Of a stretch of 64,000 bases of DNA, positions 28,171-43,100 are shown in pieces. The position numbers and the translations under genes are program-made. Under the pieces are notes generated by a model. It did no database searches, was not told the origin of the DNA, and saw nothing but the letters and a program-made list of their open reading frames with translations. Within the stretch, counting starts at the first letter, position 1. Each line of letters begins with the position of its first letter. The DNA is from Macrostomum lignano (Eukaryota): contig NIVC01001698.1 in the NCBI GenBank assembly GCA_002269645.1, positions 1 to 64,000 on the forward strand. Direction: 5' to 3'.

Positions 28171-31100
28171 TCAGCAACTGGCAGCGTTGGCGCCTCGCTT
28201 GCACTGTTGAGATCCTGAAAATTGACAGAAATTGCATCATATACGCGTATCGCTACTAACGAGTAGGCAGTTTAGAGCAGATCAATCAAGCAGCGCTTAC
28301 CTTTGCCATCAGGGGCTTCGTCGGCCTCCTTGCGATCCGCTGAGGTTTTCGCCGAGGCGAAATCGATGAACACCTGGGCGATGCGAGTTTTTCGGAAGTG
28401 TGACAGTTAATTAAAAGTACCTTTAATTGCTTCAGTACCACAAATGTTAAGGAATCAGAAGCAACCTGATGAGAGGCTGCTAGCCCCAATCAGGAGAGGG
28501 TGCCAGCCCCAATCAGGAGAGGGTGCCAGCCCCAATCAGGAGAGGGTGCCAGCCCCAATCAGGAGAGGGTGCCAGCCCCAATCAGGAGAGGGTGCTAGCC
28601 CCAATCAGGAGAGGGTGCCAGCCCCAATCAGGAGAGGGTGCCAGCCCCAATCAGGAGAGGGTGCCAGCCCCAACCAGGAGAGGGTGCCAGCCCCAATCAG
28701 CAGAGACTGCCAGCCCCAATCAGGAGAGGGTGCCAGCCCCAATCAGGAGAGGGTGCCAGCCCAAATCTGCAGAGTCACAGCCGCCCACCTGGTCCAGACT
28801 GGTCTGGGTCACCGAGTAGTCCAGCACTTGGCCGGCCTTCCGCATGGCCTGCAGCTCGGCGAAGAGGCCGGCAAGGCGGCAGCCGAGCCGGTCGCCGGGC
28901 AGGCGGTACTGCAGCTGGCAGACGTGGGCTGAGCGCAGCTCGGCGCCGGGAAAGGCCGCAGTGAAGACGGCGTGCGCCGGCTGCATCTCCGGCGTCAGAG
29001 CCGCCGTGGGCTCCAGCAACTGCAGCTCCTCCGTGTCGGCCAGCGCCGACTCCTTCGGCGAGTCGGCGATTGCGTCCTCCCGGAGCTCCGGCGCGGTGCC
29101 GGCAGCCGGCTTGGCGACCCGAAGGTAGACGGTGAAGCCGCAGCCGAATTTGCTTTTCAGATACTGCGGACTGCCGATGCAGCGGAGCTGGCCGTTCACC
29201 TGGGGACGATGGGGATGTCCCAGTTGGGAATTCGCATCAATATTTGAGAATATCCACAGCAACAGCTAAACCGCATTTGATTCAGACTGCCACTGGTGAT
29301 CCACCTGCCCCAACAGTTCACCAACCGGTAGGTGATCCACCTGCCCCAACAGTTCACCAACCGGTAGGTGATCCACCTGCCCCAACAGTTCACCAACCGG
29401 TAGGTGATCCACCTGCCCCAACAGTTCACCAACCGGTAGGTGATCCACCTGCCCCAACAGTTCACCAACCGGTAGGTGATCCACCTGCCCCAACAGTTCA
29501 CCAACCGGTAGGTGATCCACCTGCCCCAACAGTTCACCAACCGGTAGGTGATCTACCTGCCCCAACAGTTCACCAACCGGTAGGTCGGTAGGTGATCCAC
29601 CTGCCCCAACAGTTGACCAACCGGTAGGTGATCCACCTGCCCCAACAGTTCACCAACCGGTAGGTGATCCACCTGCCCCAACAGTTCACCAACCGGTAGG
29701 TGATCCACCTGCCCCAACAGTTCACCAACCGGTAGGTGATCCACCTGCCCCAACAGTTCACCAACCGGTAGGTGATCTACCTGCCCCAACAGTTCACCAA
29801 CCGGTAGGTCGGTAGGTGATCCACCTGCCCCAACAGTTGACCAACCGGTAGGTGATCTACCTGCCCCAACAGTTCACTAACCGGTAGGTGATCCACCTGC
29901 TCCAGAGTTCACCAACCGGTAGGTGATCTACCTGCCCCAACAGTTCACCAACCGGTAGGTGATCCACCTGCCCCAACAGTTCACCAACCAGTAGGTGTGC
30001 CCCAAGTGTCGTGGGTGATCTATCGGATGCCACACAGAGGCGTAGCTGAAGGGGCAGGGGCGCCACTCTCCGCAGGAAAAAAGCAAATTGTTATATCTAT
30101 AGGTTTGACAGCCCTGCCGCTTGCATCTATTTAAATAAAATAGCGCCCCCAAAAAATGCACGTCTACCATGAAAGCCTGCCCTCGATGCCTGATTTCGCA
30201 TGCTCGGGATTCCTCTACAGATTATTGAATCACCGAATTGCATTGCTCAACTTCTGTGGCGCGCGTGACAGCACGAGGTGAAAGTCAGCTGTCCTGCCGT
30301 CTACTGTGTATTGCAATTGAAACACATGCAAGTGCATTCGCACTGCAATTTGGAATTGCGCAGAGCTTCAGAGCGCCATCTGTATCGGGTACCGCCAGTG
30401 AAGTATCAGGAATTTTAATAGACGGGGTTTGCTAGGGCTTGTGGAAGTCATTAAAGACTCAGTATTTGAATCAAAGCAGTGCTTTTCTAGACATGCTGTT
30501 GTACATAGTGTACATAGTGACTTCTGCGGGCTCAAGGCTCCAGTGAACTTCAGCAGCTCCTCCTTCCTTTTGCTCAACTGTCACACTTTGGTCTCCGTTC
30601 TAACAGCGAACAGCACAGCTTCTCCTTTAAGCTTGCTTTCTCTAGAACAGAAGCGGCGCTTCATTCCCACATACTGTAAATTATGGAATGCTCTACCTAC
30701 AGCACTAGCTAATCCTGGCATCAAGCCATCCATTTTCAATTGAGCCAGGTGTCTCAAAGATCACCCTGATTAGTTTTTAGACTTCTCTCTTTTCATTGTC
30801 TTACTAAGGTATTATCATTCCATCCTCTCCCTTTGACTTCTTTGACTTCCTTTCCCCTGTACCGCTTCGTAGCCATGGAGCACCATTGGTGTTGTTGGTC
30901 CTTGACCACTCCAATGGTGAGTTGCATATGATAATATCATATCATATAGAGTGTCAGATAAACCTTTCATGCCAAGTTTTCTTCTGCATCAAATTTCAAA
31001 ATCAATCAAACGAATTTGAAAATCAGAACAGCACAGCAGATTCTCTAGAACAGCAGGAATGAGTAACCCGTGATAGCTACAGATCTTCCATGAGCTGCAG

Positions 31101-34100
31101 ATCTCCCGTGAGAGCTACAAATCTCCCATGAGAGCTGCAGATCTCCCGTGAGAGCTACAAATCTCCCATGAGAGCTGCAGATCTCCCATGAGAGCTGCAG
31201 ATCTTCCATGAGAAGTACAAATCTGCCATGAGAGCTACAGATCTTCCATGAGAAGTACAAATCTGCCATGAGAGCTACAGATCTCCCGTGAGAGCTGCAG
31301 ATCTTCCATGAGAGCTACAAATCTTCCATGAGAGCTACAGATCTCCCGTGAAAGCTACAGATCTTCTATGAGAGCTACAGATCTTTCTGAGAGCTACAGA
31401 TCTCCCATGAGAGCTACAGATCTTTCTGAGAGCTACAGATCTCCCATGAGAGCTACAGATCTTTCTGAGAGCTACAGATCTCCCATGAGAGCTACAGATC
31501 TTCCATGAGAGCTACAGATCTCCCATGAGAGCTACAGATCTTCCATGAGAGCTACAGATCTCCCGTGAAAGCTACAGATCTTCTATGAGAGCTACAGATC
31601 TTTCTGAGAGCTACAGATCTCCCATGAGAGCTACAGATCTTTCTGAGAGCTACAGATCTCCCATGAGAGCTACAGATCTTTCTGAGAGCTACAGATCTCC
31701 CATGAGAGCTACAGATCTTCCATGAGAGCTACAGATCTCCCATGAGAGCTACAGATCTTCCATGAGAGCTACAGATCTCCCGTGAAAGCTACAGATCTTC
31801 TATGAGAGCTACAGATCTTTCTGAGAGCTACAGATCTCCCATGAGAGCTACAGATCTCCCGTGAAAGCTACAGATCTTCTATGAGAGCTACAGATCTTTC
31901 TGAGAGCTACAGATCTCCCATGAGAGCTACAGATCTTTTTGAGAGCTACAGATCTCCCATGAGAGCTACAGATCTTTCTGAGAGCTACAGATCTCCCATG
32001 AGAGCTACAGATCTTCCATGAGAGCTACAGATCTCCCATGAGAGCTACAGATCTCCCATGAGAGCTACAGATCTTCCATGAGAGCTACAGATCTCCCATG
32101 AGAGCTACAGATCTTCCATGAGAGCTACAGATCTCCCGTGAAAGCTACAGATCTTCTATGAGAGCTACAGATCTTTCTGAGAGCTACAGATCTCCCATGA
32201 GAGCTACAGATCTTTCTGAGAGCTACAGATCTCCCATGAGAGCTACAGATCTTTCTGAGAGCTACAGATCTCCCATGAGAGCTACAGATCTCCCATGAGA
32301 GCTACAGATCTCCCTCAAAGCTACAGATCTCCCATTATAGCTACAGATCTCCGATGAGAGCTACAGATCTTCCATGAGAGCTACAGATCTCCCATGAGAG
32401 CTACAGATCTTCCATGAGAGCTACAGATCTCCCATGAGAGCTACAGATCTCCCTCAAAGCTACAGATCTCCCATTATAGCTACAGATCTCCGATGAGAGC
32501 TACAGATCTCCCTGAGAGCTGCCGATCTCCGTGATAGATTACAGATTCACAAGAGAGATTACATATACCAGCGAGAGCTCAGGCAGTCACAGGCTGCAGC
32601 CCAAGCTCACCATGATGGTGAGCCGGTGGCACAGGGCCTGGCAGTCCTCCATGCTGTGGCTGGTCAGGATAACACAGGAGCCACGGGCCACCATGCCCTG
32701 GATGCAACGCCACAGGGACCGCCGGGCCTTGGGATCCATGCCGGCCGTCGGCTCGTCCAAGAAGAGAATCGGCGGTCCGCCGATGAAGGCGACGCCGCAG
32801 GAGAGCTTCCGCTTGTTGCCGCCGCTGTACTGCTCCGTGACCTTGTCGATGTGCTGCATGATTCCGACCCTGACAGTTAAAATCACCTCATTGTCAGTCA
32901 TTTGGGACTCATTTGGGAAGGTCAGTCACTGGTATCTATCATGTGCGGTCCCCTCGCTCCTAGCAGGGTGAACTGGAGCTCAGCTTACTTAGACACACGC
33001 CTATCAGGGTGCGTACTAACCGCTGCCGACTCTGCTTAACTCCAAGGCAGTCAGTCCTACGGTTAAACAGACGCATCGAGAGAAAACCCCCAGCTTCACT
33101 CACTGCCTGGCGATGCTCTCAGCCATGCCCGGCACCAGGTGCTCCGGCACACCGCGAATCCTGGCGTACAGCTGCAACACCTCGCGGCCGGTCAGCAGGG
33201 GCTGCACCGCGTCCGACTGCGGGCAGTAGCCGAGGCGCCTGTGAACCTGCGGGAGGCCCGGTTGGGATGGGGGGATGTTTTCTACTTGGCTTTAAGTTGC
33301 GTTTTTATTTTTGTTCAATGCTTGTGCAGCTTCAGCCACCGCCTTAACTGATTTCATACCCTCACTCTACCCCTTCCAGTGCTTTTAGGGCTTCGATACC
33401 CTCACTCTACCCCTTCCAGTACTTTTAGGGCTCCGATACCCTCACTCTACCCCTTCCAGTACTTTTAGGGCTCCGATACCACTCACTCTACCCTTTCCTG
33501 TACTTTTATGACCTCCAATATCCCTCACTCTCTACCCCCTACAGTGCTTTTTTGACCTCTAATATCCCACACTCTACCCCCTACAGTGCTTTTTGACCTC
33601 CAATATCCCTCACTCTACCCCCTACAGTGCTTTTATGACCTCCAATATCCCACACTCTACCCCCTAAAGTGCTTTTATGACCTCCAATATCCCACACTCT
33701 ACCCCCTACAGTGCCTTTATGACCTCCAATAACCCACACTCTACCCCCTACAGTGCTTTTTTGACCTCCAATATCCCACACTCTACCCCCTACAGTGCCT
33801 TTATGACCTCTAATATCCCACACTCTACCCCTACAGTGTCTTTATGACCTCTAATATCCCACACTCTACCCCCTACAGTGCCTTTATGACCTCAAATATC
33901 CCACACTCTACCCCCTACAGTGCCTTTATGACCTCCAATATCCCACACTCTACCCCCTACAGTCCTTCATGGCCTCCACAACCACCCCTTATCCCCACCC
34001 TTCCTCCAGCAGAACAAGCCCAATGTCGTGAGTTGGCAAACCTCTCGAGCTTCCGTCACCACCGAGCGCCCGCAGATGAAGGCGTCGCCGCTGCTGGGCG

Positions 34101-37100
34101 CCAGGTCACCTGTCAGCATCCGGAATGTGGTCGTTTTGCCGGCCCCGTTGACGCCCAGGAAGCCGAAGCACTCGCGCCGGCCAACCGCCAGGCTGACGCC
34201 GCGGACAGCAGCGATTCGCCGACCACCGCGGCCACGAAACTCCTTGGCCAAGCGACGCAGCTCCAGCGCGGTGTCCGGGTTGCCGCCGCCTTCGCCACTC
34301 AGGCAGCACCGTGCCTCCTCCGCGGCGACGTCGTCGTCGATAAGATCGGCGGCATCGGAAGCCGCAGGCGGGTTGCGGCGCCAGCGGGACAGGGCGCGGG
34401 GCAGCAGGGTGGACCTGTACTCTATGAGCAGCACGGCTGAGAAGTACACGACGCTCTGAATAGCCAGGGCGATGATGTAGCTGCGGGCGGGGGGGGGAGC
34501 GGAGCAGTCGATAATGGCAGTTACTACAGCTAAAACTGTAATTATTGACTCAGCGCTTACTTTCTAGCTGGTTGCCAGGCGCTGCTGTGGAAGACCAGGC
34601 CGCTGGAGAAGTACTCCTTGACGCCCCGCTTGCCGGCCATGCTGAGCAGGCGCACGGACAGCTGGTAGTAGATGTTGAGCTCCATGAGGCCGTGGCCGAG
34701 GCAGAAGTGCGGCAGCACCATGAACAGCCACTTCAGCACCTCGGAGATCCGCTGCATTCGCTTGTCCTGGGGGAGAGTTTCAATTACATTGACACCTCTT
34801 GACATCGATTCGCAAGTCCAGCACACCCAAAGCAAAGCCTTGAACAATTGAAAGTAAAACTTTGAATTTATGAAGTCTCCATGGATTAGGATGCCGTAAC
34901 CCAGTCGTCTAGCGGCCCAGGCTCGATTCCAAGTGCAGTCACATTAATTTGGAGCTAAATTGGAATCTCGGCTTGGCTCTGCTAGCGCAATTAACGGCCT
35001 TGAGGGCCAACCCCCAAGGCACAGTGAAGTGTACATGCCTAACGATAATATAAAGTTAGGGCCACTGTACACTCCTGTGTGAGTGTGTGCCTGTGCGTAT
35101 GACTGCGTACGTATCCGCGCGCTTGTGTACCTGCTCAAGGCGAAATGGGCACTAATGCCTCTCGCCGGTTGTGAAAATGTCGCTTGAAGTGCGCCAGGGT
35201 GCACACAGCCCCTGCCTCTAATCTAAAAAATATCCATGGCTTATCGAAAAGGCATATCCTAGTGGAAGTAAGATATCCAAAGCATGAGCCGTCGATGGAG
35301 CTTCAGTGAAACACTGTCACAAGAAATTAATGTCCAATGATTTCGGCTCCTACTAGCAGTAGTAGTCAAGCGCAATTTCTCACATCGTTCTGCTCGCCAA
35401 TCATTCGCACGATGGTGACGGACATGGTGGTGACGAAGCCCAGGCCGACGTTGGCGCAGGCCAGCAGCGTGTAGGCCTTGCTGGGCACGCCGAGCCGCCA
35501 GCTGGCCAGGTACATCAGCGGCGCGCAGGCCAGGCCGTACAGCAGCAGCACGGCGACCGTCGGCCCGATGGACCCGGCGCTAACGAACTCCTGACTGTCG
35601 AAGGCGGCGAACAGAAGCAGCAGGGTGGCCGCAGGTGCCAGGTAGTTGACCAGGTTCCAGGCGTGATTCACCAGCCAGTAGAGGCCGGGCGGCACCCCGG
35701 ACACCAGCTGCAGGTGCTTGGCCCCGGACCGGCGCTCCGCTATGGGGAAAATGACAAAGCTGGCCAGCACGAAGGACAGGGCGAACAGCACGGACACTAC
35801 AGTCATGGCCGACACGAAGGCGTTCATCTGGATGGCGTTGGAGGCCCAGCTGGGCCGGTTCGTCACCGGGTGGGTCCAGGCCGAGATGCCGTAGGCGGAG
35901 GCGTTGCCGGCCGGGATGAGGGAGCGCAGCAGGGCGTTGTGCAGCACGTTGAGGTAGGCGGGCCCGGCTGTGTAGCCGCGGTTGTCGAACCAGACTTCGT
36001 GCTGGTGGGCAGCGGCGGCATCGGAGGCCGGGCGCGGCAGCGACAGGCGGCCCAGCTGGGACCAGAAGCTGCGATGGGGGCGGCGGGGCGTCTTTGCTTT
36101 TTCGGACAGTAGGGAGGGGTGCAGGATTAAGAGAGTTAATAGGATCTTGGGGCCAGGGGGGTCAAGAAGGCAATGGAGTCACGTGGAAAAAGCCAATGAC
36201 CATAATGGCAGGACAGGCTTTGTAATTCACAAGGTTAATGAAGTCATAGGGCCCAATGGAGTTAAGGGTCAAAGTACATGTAGTCATAGGGTCATAGGGG
36301 TCAATGGAGTTAGGGGTCAAAGTAGCCATAGGGTCATAGGGGTCAATGCAGTTAGAGGTCAATGGAGTTAGGGGTCAAAGTAGTCATAGGGTCATAGGGG
36401 TCAATGCAGTTAGAGGTCAATGGAGTTAGGGGTCAAAGTAGTCATAGGGTCATAGGGGTCAATGCAGTTAGAGGTCAATGGAGTTAGGGGTCAATGGAGT
36501 TAAGGGCTTCAAGTACGTTGAGTTACTATTGTTTCAGCATTTTAGCGTTGGAAAATGAAGGTAACTGGGGAAAACAGCTCAATAAATGTTTACAGAGGAC
36601 CTCATGAAGTGGACCTCACACCTGTTCGAGTTGTTCTCCTTGACGCCAAGCAGCTGCAGACTGCGCCAGGCGGTGTCCACGGCCCCGGCCCGGGCGGCAG
36701 CGGCGGTGGCGTTCTCCACGAATAGGCGGAGGCCGCCGAAACGGCGCCGGTAGTCGGGCATGGTGGACGCCCGAAGGTAGTCGGCGAGGCCGCCCAGGCC
36801 GCCCCGCAGGCCGCTCAGGTCCTCCAGCAGGTCGCCGCTCATCAGCGCCCGCCTCGGCTGGTCTGGCCTGGCCGGACAGTCCGGACCGCCGCCTGCGGAC
36901 TCCGGCCGGCAGCGGCACCGGCCGACAGTGTTGTTGGAGTTGGCGGGCACCTCCGACCAGGCGCTGCCGGCCCGGTGCCACTTGCAGGGGAAGCGCGGGT
37001 TGCTGAAGCGGCCTGGCGGCATGCAGCGGGTGCCCAGCTGCTCCGTGGCGCGCAGGTGGCGGGTCAGAGGCTGCGCGGCTGAAGCTCCGGGCTGCGTCAG

Positions 37101-40100
37101 GCTGACGAAGGTGCGCAGGTCCTGGCTGGAGGCGGCCGCGGGGTCCCGGGTCCCCAGCAGGTACCAGGGCGCCAGCTCGAGCGGCGGGTTGAGGCCGTCC
37201 CGGGGAACGATCTGCAGCAGGGCGAGAGCGAGCAGTACGAAGCCAGTGGGCAGCAGCAGCTCGGCCAGCCAGCGCGCCACCGCTCGCGACGAGGTGTGAA
37301 AGCGCGCTGAGACTAGCGCGCGCGCCTGCTGAGTAAGCGAGGTGGCGCGCGCAGCGAATGCGTCGTCTGATTCGGCCACAGCAACGACGGCTCCGTTTTG
37401 AGCCTTGGCGCTCTCGCCGGCATGGTGCGTTTTGGCGTCGCCGTTTTCTTCGGCGGCTTCCTCGCCGTCAGTGCAGCCGGTGACCTGGGCAAAAACAGTT
37501 AATTGGGGATTGGATGCGCTTGAGACCCCCTGTTGGGCCTACCTGCCAGCTAAGTCTATCGTCTACCCTGACTGCCGAGTCTACCCTGACTGCCGAGTCT
37601 ACCCTGACTACCCAGTCTACCCTGACTACCCAGTCTACCCTGACTACCCAGTCTACCCTGACTACCCAGTCTACCCTGACTGCTCAGTCTACCCTGACTA
37701 CCCAGTCTACCCTGACTACCCAGTCTACCCTGACTACCCAGTCTACCCTGACTACCCAGTCTACCCTGACTACCCAGTCTACCCTGACTGCCGAGTCTAC
37801 CCTGACTGCCGAGTCTACCCTGACTACCCAGTCTACCCTGACTACCCAGTCTACCCTGACTACCCAGTCTACCCTGACTGCTCAGTCTACCCTGACTACC
37901 CAGTCTACCCTGACTACCCAGTCTGCACCGCAACGATTACTTGAGTGCTCACCTTCAAGAAGACCTCCTCCAGCGAGCAGTCCTCTATGCCGTAGGCGGA
38001 GACGCCCAGCTCCGACATGGCGGCGTCCAGCCGATCGAACAACGCGGCAAATCCGGCCGCAGAGCTGGCGGGCAACCGCAGGCGAATCTCGCTGGTTGTC
38101 GCCTCGGCCAGGCGGGCCTCCGGCACCTCCTGCCTGACCAGACGCAGGGCAGCGGCGTCAGCGGCGGCAGCTGCCTCGGACGGAGCCTCAGCCGATCGGA
38201 CGAGCGTCAGCGCATAGCCGTCGCCGAGGGCCTTCTTGAGGAAGAGCGGCGAGCCGCTGCAGACCAGGCGGCCCCGATCGATGATGCAGATCCGGTCGCC
38301 GAGGATGTCCGCCTCGTCCATGTGGTGCGTGGTCAGCAGGATGGTGCGGCCGGTGCGGAACTTGCCAATTACCTCCCAGATGCCGCGGCGGGCGTGCGGA
38401 TCCACGCCTGGTCAGCGGGGTGCGGCAGGAATACAGCTGCTGTGAATTTGCGCCTCTCATTTTGTGAGCTGTGGCTTCAGTGACAGTCATCCTCTTTCGG
38501 ACAGTGAACAGTAAAAGTGAGCAGTGAGCAGGAAGTGAGCAGGAAGTGAGCAGGAAGTGAGCAGTGAGCAGGAAGTGAGCAGGAAGTGAGCAGTGAGCAG
38601 GAAGTGAGCAGTGAGCAGGAAGTGAGCAGGAAGTGAGCAGTGAGCAGGAAGTGAGCAGACAGTGAGCAGTGAGCAGGAAGTGAGCAGACAGTGAGCAGTG
38701 AGCAGGAAGTGAGCAGACAGTGAGCAGTGAGCAGGAAGTGAGCAGTGAGCAGGAAGTGAGCAGTGAGCAGGAAGTGAGCAGTGAGCAGGAAGTGAGCAAT
38801 GAGCAGGAAGTGAGCAGACAGGGAGCGTTGAGCAGACACACAGACAGTTAGCAGACAGTTAGCAGACAGTTAGCAGACAGCTAGCAGACAGTAAGCATGA
38901 GAGCAATGACTTACCAGCTGTGGGCTCATCCAGCACAACCAGCTTGGAGTTGCCCACAAACGCCATGGCAACGGAGAGACGCCGCTTCATTCCGCCGGAC
39001 AGATTTTTGCTGAGCTCGTGCCGCTTTTGCAGCAGGCCAACGTCGCGCAGGAACGAGTCCACCTGAGGCCGGATCTCGGCTTTGGTGAGGCCCTTCAGCA
39101 TGCCATAGAAGTAGATGTGGTCCTGCACAGTCAGGCAGTCGTACAGAATGTTGTGCTGCGGGCAGAGGCCGAGGCACCGACGGACGGAGTCCATCTGGGT
39201 GCGGATGTCCAGGCCGTAGATGCGCGCGGTGCCGGAAGTCGGGGTGTACAGTCCAGTCAGCACCGAGATGGTGGTGCTCTTGCCTGCCAGACGGGGAAGA
39301 GGCATAACAGAGGTCGTAGAGGCCCTACAGATCACAAGTATTCTCCTTTGCAAAATGTTTTGGCTTGGGCAAACCTACCTGCTCCGTTGTGGCCCAGGAA
39401 CGAAGTCACCTGGCCTTGGTAGAAGTTCACCGTCAGGCAGTCGACAGCGGCCACCGGCAGTCCGCTGCCACCGCCGCCGTCCGTCTCATCGTCGCCGCCG
39501 ACGCAGCTGCCAGCGGCGCCGAAAAATCTGGCGGCCGGTGGCCGGGCGTCGTAGACCTTGCGGAGCCGGCGGACCGCGACGCCGACTGGCAGGTGGCCAG
39601 GCTCCTCTTCGAATCGGTCGGCCGCCGGGCCGTCCTCTGCCGCCCCGCCGTTCAGCAGCGGCTTGTCGTTCTCGGCGTCGATCTCCTCCAGCGCAGCGCC
39701 GCCATCGACACCATCAGTCTTGTCCGCGGCCGATTTGCTGCGCCGCTCTCCGCGCCAGAAAGCGGAAGTGAATGGAAAGTGCAGCGGCCGGGGCACCCCG
39801 TAGGGCCCGGGGAACACCTGCTCCAGATAGGCAGCGGCGGCGAACAGCCAGGCCGCGTCCAGCCACATGGCCAGCAGGACGCTGCTGAACGCAAAGGCGT
39901 CGTCGGACATCGGCGACAAGCGCAGGTTGTGGGCCTGCAGGCCAACGCCGGCAAGCTCCCACTTGGCTACGTAGCGGCAGCCGATGCCGAAGGCCAGCTG
40001 CGGGATGGCGCAGGCGGCCGAGTAGGCTCCGGTGGTCATGCTGTCGGCCAGCCGGTCCACCGCCGAGTACGGCACGTAGCCGACGAAGTACACCACGCCG

Positions 40101-43100
40101 GCGAATGCGGCCGCCACGCTGGAGTCGGCGAAGCACACGGAGATGAGGAAGGCCTCGCAGACGCTGCTGACAATGAAGGAGAAGATGAACATGAACAGCA
40201 GCAGCGGGTCCGAGTGGCGGACGATGCCGCCAGCTGTGAGCAGGGCGGTCATGCCCACGGCACTGATGGACATGACGGTCACGGTGGTGATGAGCCAGGA
40301 CAGCCAGTGCACGGAGTCCGACAGGCCCATGATGCGCATCAGCTCCTTCATGCGGGTCTCGCGCTCGTAGACAATGGCGTTCACCAGCAGGGAGATGCTG
40401 TAGATCCAGGACAGGGTCATGATCATAGGCAAGAAGCCTTCGATGACTCGGACGAATTTGTCCTGCGAGTTGCAGACGGAGGGGAACAGGCGCATCCGGC
40501 TGGTGTGGCGGACCTCCACGCCCGACAGGTCGGAGACGATGGCCAGCTCTAGCAGCTCCTGGCGATGGGGAACCGGTGAGGCTGATTGACAGCTATGCAT
40601 CCAATATTTCATCTAGGACTCTTCTCTGACCTGTACACTCGTGATGAAGATAATCTCTACCTGATGATAAGGTGGCGGAGCTCGTCAAAATCCGGCCCGC
40701 GAAGCCTCTCTATTCGGCCCTCGGATCCTTTGAAGCTTCACAATAGCAATCCAGTCCGCTCAAGGCTTGTGTCTCTTCTCAGCTCTCTTCTCTCCCTTCC
40801 ATTTTCTCTCTCCACTTCTGCTCTGCTCTCTTCTCTCGTTTCTCCTCTCGTCTCCTTTATTTCCTTGCCTCTCCTTTCTCCAATCTCTTCTTTCTTATCT
40901 ATTCTCTCCCCTCTTCTAGCTGGGTTCTCTATCTGGTCCTTTGGATTATTTTTTTAAAAGGTGTACAGTACAGCATAGGGTGTACAGAATAACACAGGGT
41001 GTACAGTACAGCATAGGGTGTACAGAATAACACAGGGTGTACAGTACAGCATAGGGTGTACAGAATAACACAGGGTGTACAGTACAGCATAGGGTGTACC
41101 GAATAACACAGGGTGTACAGTACAGCATAGGGTGTACACAATAACATAGGGTGTACAGTACAGCATAGGGTGTACAGAATAACACAGGATGTACAGTACA
41201 GCATATGGTGTACAGAATAACAGAGTGTACAGTACAGCATAGGGTGTACAGAATAACACGGTGTACAGTACAGCATAGGGTGTACCGAATAACATAGGGT
41301 GTACAGTACAGCATAGGGTGTACAGAATAACATAGGGTGTACAGTACAGCATAGAGTGTACAGAATAACATAGGGTGTACAGTACAGCATAGGGTGTACA
41401 GAATAACATAGGGTGTACAGTACAGCATAAGGTGTACAGAAAAATCTACAGCGAATTCCTCACCTGCAGGTGTATAAAGAAGGACGTGAAGTACTTGAAA
41501 TCCTGAGGAAACTCCGCCCTCGGCCCGGGTGTCCAGACCCGGTCCAGCACCTTGTAGTGCCGGGTGCTGTCCACCGCGTACTCCGGCATGCGCAGCCGGT
41601 AGCGGACGAAAGTGTCCGAGTCCGAGTCGAACACCAGGGCGGCCAGCAGGTGCGGCATCTGCTCGGACAGTTCCCCATCTTTACCCTCTGTTTCGTTGCC
41701 GTTGCCGCTGCTGCCGCTACCGCCGCTACCTCCGCCGCCGCCAGCCTTCGGCAGCAGAGCCGCCCGCGGCAGCGGGCCCCGCTGCGGCCCCGGACCGCTG
41801 GCTGCCGGCGACTCGTCAGACGAAGGCGGAGGAGCGTCATAGTTGCGTAACAGCTGCTCCACGCGGGCGTTGAGCGCCGATTCGTTGGCGAACCCGTGCA
41901 GCTTGGAGAGGCGGAAGCAGGCGGTGGCATAGTACAGCCGCCTGGCCGCCCAGTCCGCCCACGACAGGCCGCGGCGCCATGGCGCGGTGCTGAAGTTGGA
42001 GGCCGCAGCAGCTGCCTCCGTGTCATTAAAAGAGCCGTCAGCAGCAGTGGAGCCGCTTTCGGCAGACAAAGCGGCGACGGCCGCCTGACAGGCCGGGCTC
42101 GGGCAGGCCGAGAGGAAAATCTTCGGGTTTAGAGAGGGGGCGAGGGGATTAGGAAAGCGGGGATGAGGAGGGGTTGAAGACAGAAGAGAGTGGTAACGAA
42201 TGGAACGGAGGGGAAGGCACGGAATGAATGAACTGGAGATGAGGGAACACATGGAAATGAGGGAAGACATGGAAATGAGGATAGACATGGAAATGAGGGA
42301 AGACATGGAAATGAGGATAGACCTGGAAATGAGGATAGACATGGAAATGAGGGAACACATGGAAATGAGGATAGACATGGAAATGAGGATAGACATGGAA
42401 ATGAGGTAACACATGGAAATGAGGATAGACATGGAAATGAGGGAACACATGGAAATGAGGATAGACATGGAAATGAGAATAGACATGGAAATGAGGATAG
42501 ACATGGAAATGAGGGAACACATGGAAATGAGGGAAGACATGGAAATAAGGATAGACATGGAAATGAGGATAGACCTGGAAATGAGGATAGACATGGAAAT
42601 GAGGATAGACATGGAAATGAGGATAGACATGGAAATGAGGATAGACATGGAAATGAGGGAAGACATGGAAATAAGGATAGACATGGAAATGAGGATAGAC
42701 ATGGAAATGAGGATAGACATGGAAATGAGGATAGACATGGAAATGAGGATAGACCTGGAAATGAGGATAGACATGGAAATGAGGGAAGACATGGAAATAA
42801 GGATAGACATGGAAATGAGGATAGACATGGAAATGAGGATAGACATGGAAATGAGGATAGACATGGAAATGAGGATAGACATGGAAATGAGGATAGACAT
42901 GGAAATGAGGATAGACCTGGAAATGAGGATAGACATGGAAATGAGGATAGACCTGGAAATGAGGATAGACCTGGAAATGAGGATAGACATGGAAATGAGG
43001 GAACACATGGAAATGAGGATAGACCTGGAAATGAGGATAGACATGGAAATGAGGATAGACATGGAAATGAGGGAACACATGGAAATGAGAATAGACATGG

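Noticed and set aside
29296-29995. CRISPR-like array (36-bp repeats; also the 34-bp and 31-bp arrays)
   Set aside because: Units are head-to-tail with no unique spacers, there are no cas genes, and the context is a eukaryotic intron.
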